NCBI GenBank assembly: GCA_965277805.1
Contig: OZ255842.1
Span: forward strand, 4,704,001 to 4,768,000
Reading direction: 5' to 3'
Length of the DNA: 64,000 bases
Origin: Candidatus Lustribacter sp.
Lineage (GTDB): Bacteria > Vulcanimicrobiota > Vulcanimicrobiia > Vulcanimicrobiales > Vulcanimicrobiaceae
Positions within the stretch are counted from its first letter, which is position 1; each line of letters begins with the position of its first letter. The notes beneath the pieces were generated by a model. It had not been told where the DNA came from, made no database searches, and saw nothing but the letters and a program-made list of their open reading frames with translations. The position numbers and the translations under genes are program-made. Shown piece after piece: positions 10,915-19,884 of this stretch.

Positions 10915-12423
10915 GTGCGAGGGGCAGCGTTGGCAGTAGCACTCGGGACGGAGCCGTTCATCGACGTGGTCCGCCGCGTGGCGGCGCAGCGCGGCGACGC
11001 GCTCGCGGTCGACGAGCTCAGCTACAGCGAGCTGTGGAGTCAGACGGGCCGCATCGCCGGTAAGCTCGCTGCGCGCGGTGTCGTACGCGGCGACCGGGTC
11101 GCCATCTATTCCGAGAACCGGCGCGGGTTCGTGCTCGCCTATTTGGCGCTGCTGCGCCTGGGCGCGATCGCGGTGCCGACCAACGTGCTCTACCGCGCCG
11201 CCGACCTCGGGAACATTCTCAGCGATGCCACGCCGCGCGTCGTCGTGGGCTCTGCACAAACCCGGCCCCACGTGCCCGCCGACGTCCCGTTCGTCGATGC
11301 GGCCGAGATCGAAGCGTGGGCGAAGGACACGACGCTGCCGTCGTCGTTCGATGACGTCGCGGTCGCGCCCGACGACGTCGCGGTCATGATCTACACGAGC
11401 GGCACGACAGGCCGCGCCAAGGGCGCGCTGATCACGCACGGCAACCTCTCCGCCATCGCCGCCCAAGTCGGCGCGGCGTGGCACTGGACGAGCGCTGATA
11501 CGCTGCTGATCACGCTTCCGCTCTTCCACGTGCACGGGCTGTGTGCGGGACTCAACGGCACGCTCGCGGCCGGCGCGCACGCGATCATTCATGAGCGGTT
11601 CGACGTCAACGAAGTGGTGAAGCTCTTGCAGTCGGGGACGGTGACGCTGTTCTTCGGCGTGCCGACCATGTACGTGCGCTTCATCGAGAAGATCCCGCCG
11701 CAGAAGTTTCCGCACGTGCGGCTGTTCGTGTCGGGATCGGCCGCGCTTCCCGCCGACGTGCACCAAGCGTTCGAAGAGAAGTTCGGCGCGTCGATTCTCG
11801 AGCGCTACGGTTCGACCGAATTCGGCTTTCCGCTGGGCAACCGCTACGAGGGCCCCCGCGTCGTCGGCAGCGTGGGCGTGCCGATGCCGGGCGTCGAGGT
11901 GACGATCGTTGCGCCGAAGACGACCGATCGGGTCGCGCCGGGTGAGGTCGGCGAACTGCTCGTTTCCGGCCCCAATGTGTGTCACGGCTATTGGGACCGT
12001 CCCGAAGCGATGGCCGATGCGTTCGTCGATTTCGACGGGCGGCGCTGGTTCCGCTCGGGCGATTCGATGCGCTTTGATCCCGAAGCCGGCGTCTACATCG
12101 TGATGGGCCGGCTCAAGGAGCTGATCATCAGCGGCGGCTTCAACGTGTATCCGTTGGAAGTCGAAGCCGAAATGCGCCTCTATCCGGGCGTGCGCGATGC
12201 GGCGCTGGTGGGCGTGCACGACGCGGCGCGCGGTGAGATTCCGGTGGCGTTCATCGAAGCCGACCCGGGCTTCGATTCCGACGCGTTCGTGGCTGCAATG
12301 CGCGAGCGGCTGGCAAGTTTCAAACTCCCGAAATCCGTCCGGGTCGTCGATGCGCTGCCGCGTAACGCGATGGGCAAAGTCGAGAAGCAACGTTTGAAAG
12401 CGAGTGTAGAGGAGAAGCCGTGA
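10915..12423 (+). CDS. Acyl-CoA synthetase, malonyl-CoA synthetase (MatB)-like
   Basis: YTSGTTGRAKG, LPLFHVHGL, GVPTMY, RLFVSGSA, ILERYG, LPRNAMGKV; exact start uncertain. Confidence 0.88.
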   Translation: MRGAALAVALGTEPFIDVVRRVAAQRGDALAVDELSYSELWSQTGRIAGKLAARGVVRGDRVAIYSENRRGFVLAYLALLRLGAIAVPTNVLYRAADLGNILSDATPRVVVGSAQTRPHVPADVPFVDAAEIEAWAKDTTLPSSFDDVAVAPDDVAVMIYTSGTTGRAKGALITHGNLSAIAAQVGAAWHWTSADTLLITLPLFHVHGLCAGLNGTLAAGAHAIIHERFDVNEVVKLLQSGTVTLFFGVPTMYVRFIEKIPPQKFPHVRLFVSGSAALPADVHQAFEEKFGASILERYGSTEFGFPLGNRYEGPRVVGSVGVPMPGVEVTIVAPKTTDRVAPGEVGELLVSGPNVCHGYWDRPEAMADAFVDFDGRRWFRSGDSMRFDPEAGVYIVMGRLKELIISGGFNVYPLEVEAEMRLYPGVRDAALVGVHDAARGEIPVAFIEADPGFDSDAFVAAMRERLASFKLPKSVRVVDALPRNAMGKVEKQRLKASVEEKP

Positions 12424-13013
12424 GTACCGATCAGGCTGGTGCAAACGAGTACGACGCGTCGGTACGCGAGTATCACGCGTCGCGTGCGCGTTACATCCGC
12501 ACGGTGACCACCGACACCGAGAAGAAGCTGATGGAGACGGTCGCCAAACGCCGCGACCCGCTCAAGGAAGAGATCAACAACCTGCAGGCCCTCGCGCGGG
12601 CGCGCTACGAGGCGCGCCAAACGACGTTGAAGGCCTACGCGGCGAAAGCACCCGGCCGCGTGAGCTCCGGCGGCCTGCTGCCGCCGTCGGCGGCAGAACG
12701 CATGGTCGGCGGCATCGATAAGCTCTATAAGGCTGCGGTCAAAGCGGCCGAAGAGTTCAACGAAGTCAACGAGATCATCAAGAAGCGCAAAGAAAAGCTC
12801 GATTCGATCGACAACGAAGTGCGCACCGTACTCGAGCAGCACGGACGCGATCTGATCGCGCAGCTCGAAACGCCGACCGGCTTGGAAGGCGCATTCAAGC
12901 GCGACCCGTTGCTCGAACGTGCTCACTCACGCATGGTTGCCGCCGAAGCGCGGCGCGAATCGGTGCTCGGGGCGACGCTACCGGTGCTGGAGGCGCCGCC
13001 GAGTGGCGGATAA
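12420..13013 (+). CDS. Hypothetical helical/coiled-coil protein, paralog A
   Basis: GTGA overlap with the ligase; charged helical sequence; similar along its length to the next gene. Confidence 0.8.
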   Translation: MSTDQAGANEYDASVREYHASRARYIRTVTTDTEKKLMETVAKRRDPLKEEINNLQALARARYEARQTTLKAYAAKAPGRVSSGGLLPPSAAERMVGGIDKLYKAAVKAAEEFNEVNEIIKKRKEKLDSIDNEVRTVLEQHGRDLIAQLETPTGLEGAFKRDPLLERAHSRMVAAEARRESVLGATLPVLEAPPSGG

Positions 13014-13608
13014 ATCGGGCGAATTCGGCGAGTTGTTACCGGGTCAAGCCGGTTTCGACGAGGCGATCGCTCAAGGGCAATACGATTTCGCCAAGACGCG
13101 GTTCGTGCGCACGCTCACCGGCGACGGTGTCGCCCGGGTCGTAGAGCACGCCGCCGCGCGACGCGCGAAACTGCGGGCGGAAATCGATAACTTGCGCGCG
13201 CTCGTGCGCGCGCGCCACGAAGCGGCGGTCGAGCACGCGCGCGCATACGGCGAGATCTTGCCGCACCGCGTCGGCAAGACCTGGATTCAACCACCGGGTC
13301 AAATGGAAAAGGTCGGCTCCGCGCACGGCGCCGACCGCTTCTACAAGCGCGCCGAAAAAGCGGCGAAAGAATATGTGGAAGTGCGCGACATCTTGGTGAA
13401 GCGCCGCGAACAGCTCGTCAAGATGGAAGAAGATCTCCGCGTTGCGCTCGACACCCGCGAAGCCGCGTTGATCCGGCAAATGGAGTCACCGCGCGGCCTG
13501 CAGTCGGCGCTGCAGCGCGATCCGCTGCTCAACGTTGCGTATCAGAAGTTGAAAGCGCTGCGTGAGGAACTCCAGACGCCGCCGGCCGACGGACTCGGCG
13601 ATCTCTAG
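13003..13608 (+). CDS. Hypothetical helical/coiled-coil protein, paralog B
   Basis: GTG 13003; shares EIxNLxALxRARxEA, YKxAxKAAxE and PxGLxxAxxRDPLL with the upstream gene. Confidence 0.8.
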   Translation: MADKSGEFGELLPGQAGFDEAIAQGQYDFAKTRFVRTLTGDGVARVVEHAAARRAKLRAEIDNLRALVRARHEAAVEHARAYGEILPHRVGKTWIQPPGQMEKVGSAHGADRFYKRAEKAAKEYVEVRDILVKRREQLVKMEEDLRVALDTREAALIRQMESPRGLQSALQRDPLLNVAYQKLKALREELQTPPADGLGDL

Positions 13609-14037
13609 GTGGATTCACGTTCCGTGAGTCCTTCGCGTTTGGGCTTCGGCCAAAGCGCCGGCGGTGCGTACATCCGCACCGGCCTCGGCGTTGCCTCCGC
13701 CGTAATCCTCACGTTCTTCGCGATGCAGATCTTCTACGATCAGAAGATCAATCTGCCGTACAAGATCACGGTGATCGTGGTGATCGCCGTCATCGGAATC
13801 GCCGGCATCGCCGCGCTGCTGAGCCCCGAACCCGAGGAACCTGTCGTAACCGAGAAGCTGTACACCGCCGATGAAGTGGCGGCGCTGCTGGCCGCGGTGC
13901 AGTCGGGCCGGCTCGTCGCGGCCGCACCGGTCACGTGCAAATTTTGCGGCGCAGCCGACCCCGACTCAACCGGCGTCGACGGATCCCGCTACCACGCCCA
14001 CTGCTTCCAAACCGCCTACAGCATCGGCAAAACCTAG
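13609..14037 (+). CDS. Two-TM membrane protein with C-terminal putative zinc finger
   Basis: Two hydrophobic segments; C-terminal CKFC...YHAHC; abuts the upstream stop codon. Confidence 0.72.
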   Translation: MDSRSVSPSRLGFGQSAGGAYIRTGLGVASAVILTFFAMQIFYDQKINLPYKITVIVVIAVIGIAGIAALLSPEPEEPVVTEKLYTADEVAALLAAVQSGRLVAAAPVTCKFCGAADPDSTGVDGSRYHAHCFQTAYSIGKT

Positions 14038-14126
14038 TCAACGCTGGCTGCATTTCTCCGATGTCATGTCACATGTGATGTCTTATATCATAGTCAAAAA
14101 AAGTTAGGGTAACGACACCGGCCGGT

Positions 14127-14726
14127 TTAGCCGAAGGCGGGTTCTTCGGCTCCGGCCGGTAGCGGGGTGCGCCACACGCGCAGGCCGAGGGCGAGCAAGT
14201 CGTAGTAGCCCACCAGCGCGATCAGTTCCATCAGCACGCGCTCGCCCAGCGTTTTCACCGCGCCCGCATAGGCGATGTCGTCGAGGTCGCGGTCGCGCAC
14301 GAGTGTGCCGACGAGTTTGCGCACCAGCGTTTCGCTCGCATCGAGCGTCGGCGCGGGTGCCCCGTCGCGCAGCGCGGCGAGCTCGTCATCGGTGAGTCCG
14401 GCCTGCTTCCCGACGCGCTCGTGCGCGTACCACTCGAACGCCGCGCGGCGCAACACCGAAAGCTCGAGGATCGCGATCTCGCGGCTGCGTGCGGTGAGGC
14501 TCGAACGATAGCGGATCGCGGCACCGAGTTCTTGCAACGCCGAACCGACTTCGGGGCTGAGCAGCATCGCGTTGAACGGGCCGTTGAGCCGCCCGTCTTC
14601 GTCGGTTAGCGGAAACGGGCGCGACACTTGCGCGCGCGGGCCGCCGGTGATCGCATCGTAGAGCGCGCGGGCATCGGGATCGAGTTCGTCCGGCGTAAAC
14701 CAGGGCAGCCGTCCGTGTTTGGTCAC
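14127..14726 (-). CDS. Carboxymuconolactone decarboxylase (CMD/AhpD-like) family protein
   Basis: GPFNAMLLSP, REIAIL, FEWYAHE, ELIALVGYY; GTG start overlaps the upstream TAG. Confidence 0.82.
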   Translation of the reverse strand: MTKHGRLPWFTPDELDPDARALYDAITGGPRAQVSRPFPLTDEDGRLNGPFNAMLLSPEVGSALQELGAAIRYRSSLTARSREIAILELSVLRRAAFEWYAHERVGKQAGLTDDELAALRDGAPAPTLDASETLVRKLVGTLVRDRDLDDIAYAGAVKTLGERVLMELIALVGYYDLLALGLRVWRTPLPAGAEEPAFG

Positions 14727-15952
14727 TACGACACCAGATCGTTGACGCACTCGCGCCAGTCGACGTCGCCCGGATGAAACACGCCTTGGCCGGTGATGCG
14801 CCGGTACGGTTCGTGGCCCGAAGCGCCGCGCGGGACGTTGCCGCGTTCTTGCTCGTGAATCGCCTCGAGGAAAATGCGCCGGAAGCGCGCGACCGCAGCG
14901 TCGCTCGAGCCGAGGTATTCGCCGGTGCGATCGGCGATCGGTCCCATCGTTTCGGCCACGATCATGTCTTCGGTCAACAGGTTGTTGATGCCGGTCATGT
15001 GGCCGTGCGCCATCTTCGCGCGATCCTGACCCATCAGCGGTTCGTCGATCACTTCGAGGTACTCATCGTTCCACACCGTCCAGCGTGCTTCTTCATACGA
15101 GATCGGACGGCCGGGATGCCAGCTGATGTACCACACGATCGTCGTCACGTCGTCGACCGGCGTTTGGTGAACGACGAAGCGCGGCATGTCGTCGTACTCC
15201 GCCGTTCCGGGCGCCGTGGGCCGCGGGATGAACTCCCAGCTCGGCATGACGAATTCGGTGATGCGCGTGTAGCGTTTGTCATCGCTCAGCTTACGCGTCG
15301 CCGCGACGTGCATTCCCCACGGGGTCGTCTCAACGTCGAAGCGCGGCGCGCGATCGGCGCTCGCGAGCGGCGCGAGCGAGTTGGTTGCCGCGGAGGCGTG
15401 CAAGTGCGAGATGTGCGCCGAATCGAGTTGGCCCTCGGCCAGCTGAACCCAGTTGCAGCGGCCGGGAACTTCGGCGATCTGGATGTGATCGAGCGGCAGC
15501 GCGGTGAACTCGAAGTCGGGAAACTGCGGCGCATCGCCGGGCCCGATATACGCCCAGATCAGATTACTGCTCTCGCGCACGGCGACGCGGCGCGTGCGGA
15601 CTTTGTTCACGAACGCGACGCGGTCGGCGGGCTCCGACGGCGCCTCGACGACGCGGCCGTCGAGATCGAGTTTCCAGCCGTGGAAGAGACAGCGCAGGCC
15701 GCAATCTTCGTTGCGGGCCAAAACGAGCGACGCGCGGCGATGCGGGCACAGCTCTTCCATCATGCCGACGCGGCCGTCTTCACTGCGGAACGCCACGAAG
15801 TTCTCGCCCAGTAAGCGCACCTTGCGCGGGGCGCCGCCGGGTTCGAGTTTATCGGCCTTCAATACCGGATACCAGTAACGCCGGAGCAGCGAGCCCCCGA
15901 GCGTTTCCGGTCCGACGCGCGTGATCAGTTCGTTCTCTTCTTTGCTCAACAT
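14726..15952 (-). CDS. Rieske non-heme iron oxygenase (phthalate 4,5-dioxygenase-like family)
   Basis: MLSKEENELITRVGP, Rieske CPHRRA...CLFHGW, mononuclear Fe motif EGQLDSAHISHLH. Confidence 0.9.
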   Translation of the reverse strand: MLSKEENELITRVGPETLGGSLLRRYWYPVLKADKLEPGGAPRKVRLLGENFVAFRSEDGRVGMMEELCPHRRASLVLARNEDCGLRCLFHGWKLDLDGRVVEAPSEPADRVAFVNKVRTRRVAVRESSNLIWAYIGPGDAPQFPDFEFTALPLDHIQIAEVPGRCNWVQLAEGQLDSAHISHLHASAATNSLAPLASADRAPRFDVETTPWGMHVAATRKLSDDKRYTRITEFVMPSWEFIPRPTAPGTAEYDDMPRFVVHQTPVDDVTTIVWYISWHPGRPISYEEARWTVWNDEYLEVIDEPLMGQDRAKMAHGHMTGINNLLTEDMIVAETMGPIADRTGEYLGSSDAAVARFRRIFLEAIHEQERGNVPRGASGHEPYRRITGQGVFHPGDVDWRECVNDLVS

Positions 15953-16011
15953 GATGAGACGCTCCGGTGGCCGGCAGAATGGCGCGGCTCGTTTCCATGG
16001 AATGGTGTGGT

Positions 16012-16992
16012 ATGAAAAACCTTTCCTGCCGCTCGGTTGATCGTCGTGGTGCCCTTGCGCTGCTCGGTGCTGCCGCAACGATCCCGATGCTGCGCGCGCC
16101 GGCCACCGCGCAGAGCAGCGCGATGACGATCCGCGTCGCCTACATCCCGTTCGAAGCGAGCGCGCAGCTGTTCTACGCGCAGGAGCTGGGTTTGTGGAGC
16201 AAGGCGGGTCTCACGGTCCAAATGCAGCCCAATCCGTTCGGTGCGGCGATCGCCGCGGCGGTCGCATCGAACGCGGTCGACGTCGGTTACGCCACCGTCA
16301 TGACGCTCGCATCGGCGCACGCGAAGAAGATTCCGTTTACGATCATCGCGCCGGCCAACGCGTTCGACGTCTCGCAACCGCCCGGCGGCATGTTGATGAG
16401 CGCGAACAAGAACGTGCGCAAGGGCGTAGATCTCAACGGCAAGCTGATCGGCACCCCGGGCCTCAACACGCTCGGCGAGTACGGCGTGCGCGCGTGGGTC
16501 GACGCGGGCGGCGGCGACGCATCGACGCTGAAGTTTGTCGAGCTGCCGTTCTCGGAGATGCCGGCCGCGCTCGCCAGCGGGCGCATCGACGCGGCCTTCG
16601 TGGCCGAGCCGTTCTTGACCGACGCGAAGAAAACGTCGCACACCGTCGGCATCGAGTTCGACGCAATCGCGAACTCGTTTCTCGTGGCGGGCTGGTTTAC
16701 GACCAGCGACTGGGCGAAGTCGCACGCGCGCGCGGTGCAGCTCTTCGCGCAGTCGATGCGCCATGCGTCCGATTGGGCGCTGAAGAATCCGAGCAAGTGC
16801 CCCGACATCCTCGCGAAGTATCTCAAAGTCGATGCGGCGCAAGTCGCAGCCACGCCGCGGACGTATTTTGCGCGCACGCTCGACCCGGCCCAGGTTCAGA
16901 CGGGCATCGACCTCACGGCCAAGTACGCGAAGTTCGAGACGTTCCCGGCGTCGGAACTCATCTACGCGCCGGCTCGCCGACGTTTGCTTTAA
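16012..16992 (+). CDS. ABC substrate-binding protein, SsuA/NMT1-like, Tat-like signal
   Basis: DRRGALALLG signal; DLNGKLIG, FVELPFSEMPAALASGRIDAA. Confidence 0.85.
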   Translation: MKNLSCRSVDRRGALALLGAAATIPMLRAPATAQSSAMTIRVAYIPFEASAQLFYAQELGLWSKAGLTVQMQPNPFGAAIAAAVASNAVDVGYATVMTLASAHAKKIPFTIIAPANAFDVSQPPGGMLMSANKNVRKGVDLNGKLIGTPGLNTLGEYGVRAWVDAGGGDASTLKFVELPFSEMPAALASGRIDAAFVAEPFLTDAKKTSHTVGIEFDAIANSFLVAGWFTTSDWAKSHARAVQLFAQSMRHASDWALKNPSKCPDILAKYLKVDAAQVAATPRTYFARTLDPAQVQTGIDLTAKYAKFETFPASELIYAPARRRLL

Positions 16993-18028
16993 CCTCGGTC
17001 GCGAAGAGTTCCATCGACCGCATGGCGTCCTTGAGCGTCATATTTCCGAACATGAAGTAGCAAATCAGGTAGTTGATGCCGAGCGCTTCGATCTGCGCTT
17101 CGATCGCGGCGCGCACGGTCGCCGGCGAACCGGCGATCGTTGAGCCGTCGGCGACCGCGATGTCGTAATCGCCTTTGGACGGCGGATCGACGTAGCCGGG
17201 GCGGCTCTTCATGTCGGTGCGGCGCAGCGCTTCGCGGCGCAAGAACATCTGGTTGTTGTAGATGTGCTCGTGCGCGGGCTTCGCGATGCGGTGCGCTTCT
17301 TCGTCGGTGTCGGCGACGACGACTTGACGGCTGATCCCGATCGCGCCGCCGCCCGGAAATTCCGCATGGGGCGTTTCGACGCCGGTGCCGCGCGCGGCCA
17401 GCGCGGCGCGATAGGCGGCGATATTTTCTTTGGCGCGTTCGGTGCCGCCGTTGGAGGCGAAGTGCAATCCGCGTTCGCCCGCCCACTGCGAGCCGACCAC
17501 GTTCGATGAACCGTACCACATCGCCGGATGCGGCTGCTGCAGCGGGCGCAGGATCATCGGCACGTCATCGTAGTTGTAGAATTCACCGTGATAGGTGAGG
17601 CGGTCGTGGGTGAGGCCTTCGATCAAGCAGTCGTAGGCGTCGATGAAGATCTCGCGCGACTTCTCCGCGTCGACCTTATGAAAGTTCAGTTCGTAGGGCG
17701 AGACGCCGCGTCCGACGCCAACCTCCATGCGGCCGTGGCTGAGATGATCGAGGATCGAGATCTCTTCGATCAGCCGCAAGGGCGAATACAGCGGGAGCAA
17801 ATAGACCATCGGACCCATGCGGATGCGTTTGGTCGCGCGCGCGACGGCGCCCAGGAACGTGCCGGGGACGGGGATCGTGTTGAGCGGCGTCGCGTGATGT
17901 TCGGCCACATGATAGGCGTAGAAGCCCAGCTCGTCGGCGGCGGCGACGAGTTGCAGGCGCTCATCGTACTGCTGGGCCAACGGCCGGTCGCCGGCGAGGT
18001 CGATGTGGTCGAAGAGTCCGAACTGCAA
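16958..18028 (-). CDS. LLM (luciferase-like) flavin-dependent monooxygenase
   Basis: FGLFDH, AEHHATP, PLRLIEEISILDHLSHGR, PLQQPHP; TTG start with GGAGG RBS. Confidence 0.88.
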   Translation of the reverse strand: MQFGLFDHIDLAGDRPLAQQYDERLQLVAAADELGFYAYHVAEHHATPLNTIPVPGTFLGAVARATKRIRMGPMVYLLPLYSPLRLIEEISILDHLSHGRMEVGVGRGVSPYELNFHKVDAEKSREIFIDAYDCLIEGLTHDRLTYHGEFYNYDDVPMILRPLQQPHPAMWYGSSNVVGSQWAGERGLHFASNGGTERAKENIAAYRAALAARGTGVETPHAEFPGGGAIGISRQVVVADTDEEAHRIAKPAHEHIYNNQMFLRREALRRTDMKSRPGYVDPPSKGDYDIAVADGSTIAGSPATVRAAIEAQIEALGINYLICYFMFGNMTLKDAMRSMELFATEVKANVGEPARR

Positions 18029-18080
18029 GGTATCCTCCGGGAAATGCGAACCAACGCGAAAACTGCTTGCGGAGGTTCCT

Positions 18081-19259
18081 ATGCGAGTTCGGATTCTGCC
18101 TTTTCTGGTCGCCCTGGCATTGCTTGCTCCATCCGCCGCGGAGGCGCCGGCCTCCGCCCAAGGTGCGCCCTTCGAGATCAACACGATCCTCGCGCTCACC
18201 GGCCCCGCGGCATTCATCGGCGGCTCCGAGCAGAAGGCGTTGCAGATTCTGGAAACGCTGACCAACAAGAGCGGCGGTATCAAAGGCCGCCCGATCAAGT
18301 TCGTCATCGTCGACGACCAATCGAATCCGGCCGTCTCGGTTCAGCTCACGAACGGGCTCATCGCGAAAAAAGTCCCGGTGATCTTGGGTCCCTCGTTTAC
18401 CGCCACGTGTCTCGCCGACGGCCCGCTACTGGCGAAGTCGGGGCCCGTCGACTATTGCTTCTCACCGTCGATCTCGCCGGCGCCCGGCAGCTATCAGTAT
18501 TCGTCGACGGTCTCCACGCGCAACGACGCGCGCGCGCTCGCACACTTCTATCGCGACAACGGCTGGACGAAGATCGCCTTGATGACGACGACCGACGCTA
18601 GCGGCCAGCAGTTCGAGCAGTACTTCGACGAAGCGCTGGCATTGCCGGAAAATTCGTCGCTGAAGCTCGTCGCGCGCGAACATTGGGCCGGCACCGATCT
18701 CAACATCACCGCGCAAGCCGAGCGCATCAAGAACTCGGGGGCGCAAGCGATGATCGGCTGGTCGGCCGGCACCGCAACCGGCACGCTGCTGCACGGCCTG
18801 CACGACACCGGCGTCGACATTCCGGTCGCTTGCGGCAACGGCAACATGATCCCCGAGCAGCTCGCCGGCTACGCGACGTTCCTCCCGAAGAATCTGCTCT
18901 TCCCCGGCCGCCGCTCGCTCGTGCTCGATCCGAATGCGCCGAAGGCGATGCACGCGGTGCAAGTCACGTACTTCGATGCCTTCAAAGCGGCCGGCGTCGG
19001 CACGAACCTCGCAACCACGCTCGGCTGGGATCCGGCGATGCTCGTCATCGATGCGTTTAAGAAACTCGGCACCGAGGCCACGGCCGAGCAGATCAACGAA
19101 TACATCCAGCACACCAAAGGCTGGGTCGGGATCAACGGTTCCTACGACTACACCGACGGCAGCCAGCGCGGCATCGGGATCGACGGCGTGGTGATCGACC
19201 GCTGGGATCCGGCCAAGGGCGATTTCGTCGCGATCAGCAAGCCCGGCGGCGGCAAGTAG
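18081..19259 (+). CDS. ABC substrate-binding protein, LivJ/type 1 periplasmic family
   Basis: Signal peptide; LTGPAAFIG, NKSGGIKGRPI, DDQSNP; GGAGG RBS. Confidence 0.85.
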   Translation: MRVRILPFLVALALLAPSAAEAPASAQGAPFEINTILALTGPAAFIGGSEQKALQILETLTNKSGGIKGRPIKFVIVDDQSNPAVSVQLTNGLIAKKVPVILGPSFTATCLADGPLLAKSGPVDYCFSPSISPAPGSYQYSSTVSTRNDARALAHFYRDNGWTKIALMTTTDASGQQFEQYFDEALALPENSSLKLVAREHWAGTDLNITAQAERIKNSGAQAMIGWSAGTATGTLLHGLHDTGVDIPVACGNGNMIPEQLAGYATFLPKNLLFPGRRSLVLDPNAPKAMHAVQVTYFDAFKAAGVGTNLATTLGWDPAMLVIDAFKKLGTEATAEQINEYIQHTKGWVGINGSYDYTDGSQRGIGIDGVVIDRWDPAKGDFVAISKPGGGK

Positions 19260-19291
19260 ATCCGGCGAAGATCCTGAAGGGGGAAGTCACG

Positions 19292-19726
19292 ATGAAAACG
19301 ATCACGCTCGCTCAAGCGCAAACCATTGTGACCTCCGCGCTCGCGCACGCGCGCGCGCAGAAATTCAAGCCGCTCGGTGTCGCGGTGCTCGACGTGCGCG
19401 GCGTGCTCACCGCGTATGCCGCCGAAGACGGCGCGACGCTGGGGCGTGCGCACGTCGCGATGGGCAAAGCCGGCGGCGCGATCGGCATGGGCCTCGGCTC
19501 ACGCACGCTCGCGAAGCGCGGCCGTGAAGCACCGCAGTTCGTCAACGCCGTCGGCTCGCTGTTCCCGCTCGGCCTCGTGCCCGTGCCGGGCGGCGTCCTC
19601 ATCAAAGACGGTGACGACGTCGTCGGCGCGGTCGGCATCTCCGGCGACAACTCCGATAACGACGAAGCCGCCGCCATCGCCGGCATCACCGCCGCCGGCC
19701 TAACCCCCGACCCCGGCACCGACTAA
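19292..19726 (+). CDS. GlcG/HbpS heme-binding family protein
   Basis: VAVLDVRG, AMGKA, GGVLI...VGAVGISGD...DE. Confidence 0.85.
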   Translation: MKTITLAQAQTIVTSALAHARAQKFKPLGVAVLDVRGVLTAYAAEDGATLGRAHVAMGKAGGAIGMGLGSRTLAKRGREAPQFVNAVGSLFPLGLVPVPGGVLIKDGDDVVGAVGISGDNSDNDEAAAIAGITAAGLTPDPGTD

Positions 19727-19766
19727 TCCACCGGGGGTGTGCGCACGGCGCCCGCACGCCCTCCGT

Positions 19767-19884
19767 TGTCATCCCGAGCGGAGCGCCGCAGGGCGCGCAG
19801 ACGATGTGGCGTTGCCCTGGCTGAAAATGACGACTGTCTCGGTCCCTCGTCTTCGCGCCCTATGGCGCTCCGCTCGGGATGACA
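19767..19884. repeat. REP doublet / MITE-like element with 38-bp inverted arms
   Basis: 19767-19804 and the reverse complement of 19847-19884 match at 35/38 nt (tgtcatcccgagcggagcgcc...agacga). Confidence 0.85.

Noticed and set aside
19767-19884. Inverted repeat as an autonomous IS or an ncRNA gene
   Set aside because: No transposase or clear target duplication; the arms recur singly elsewhere, which fits a REP-like repeat
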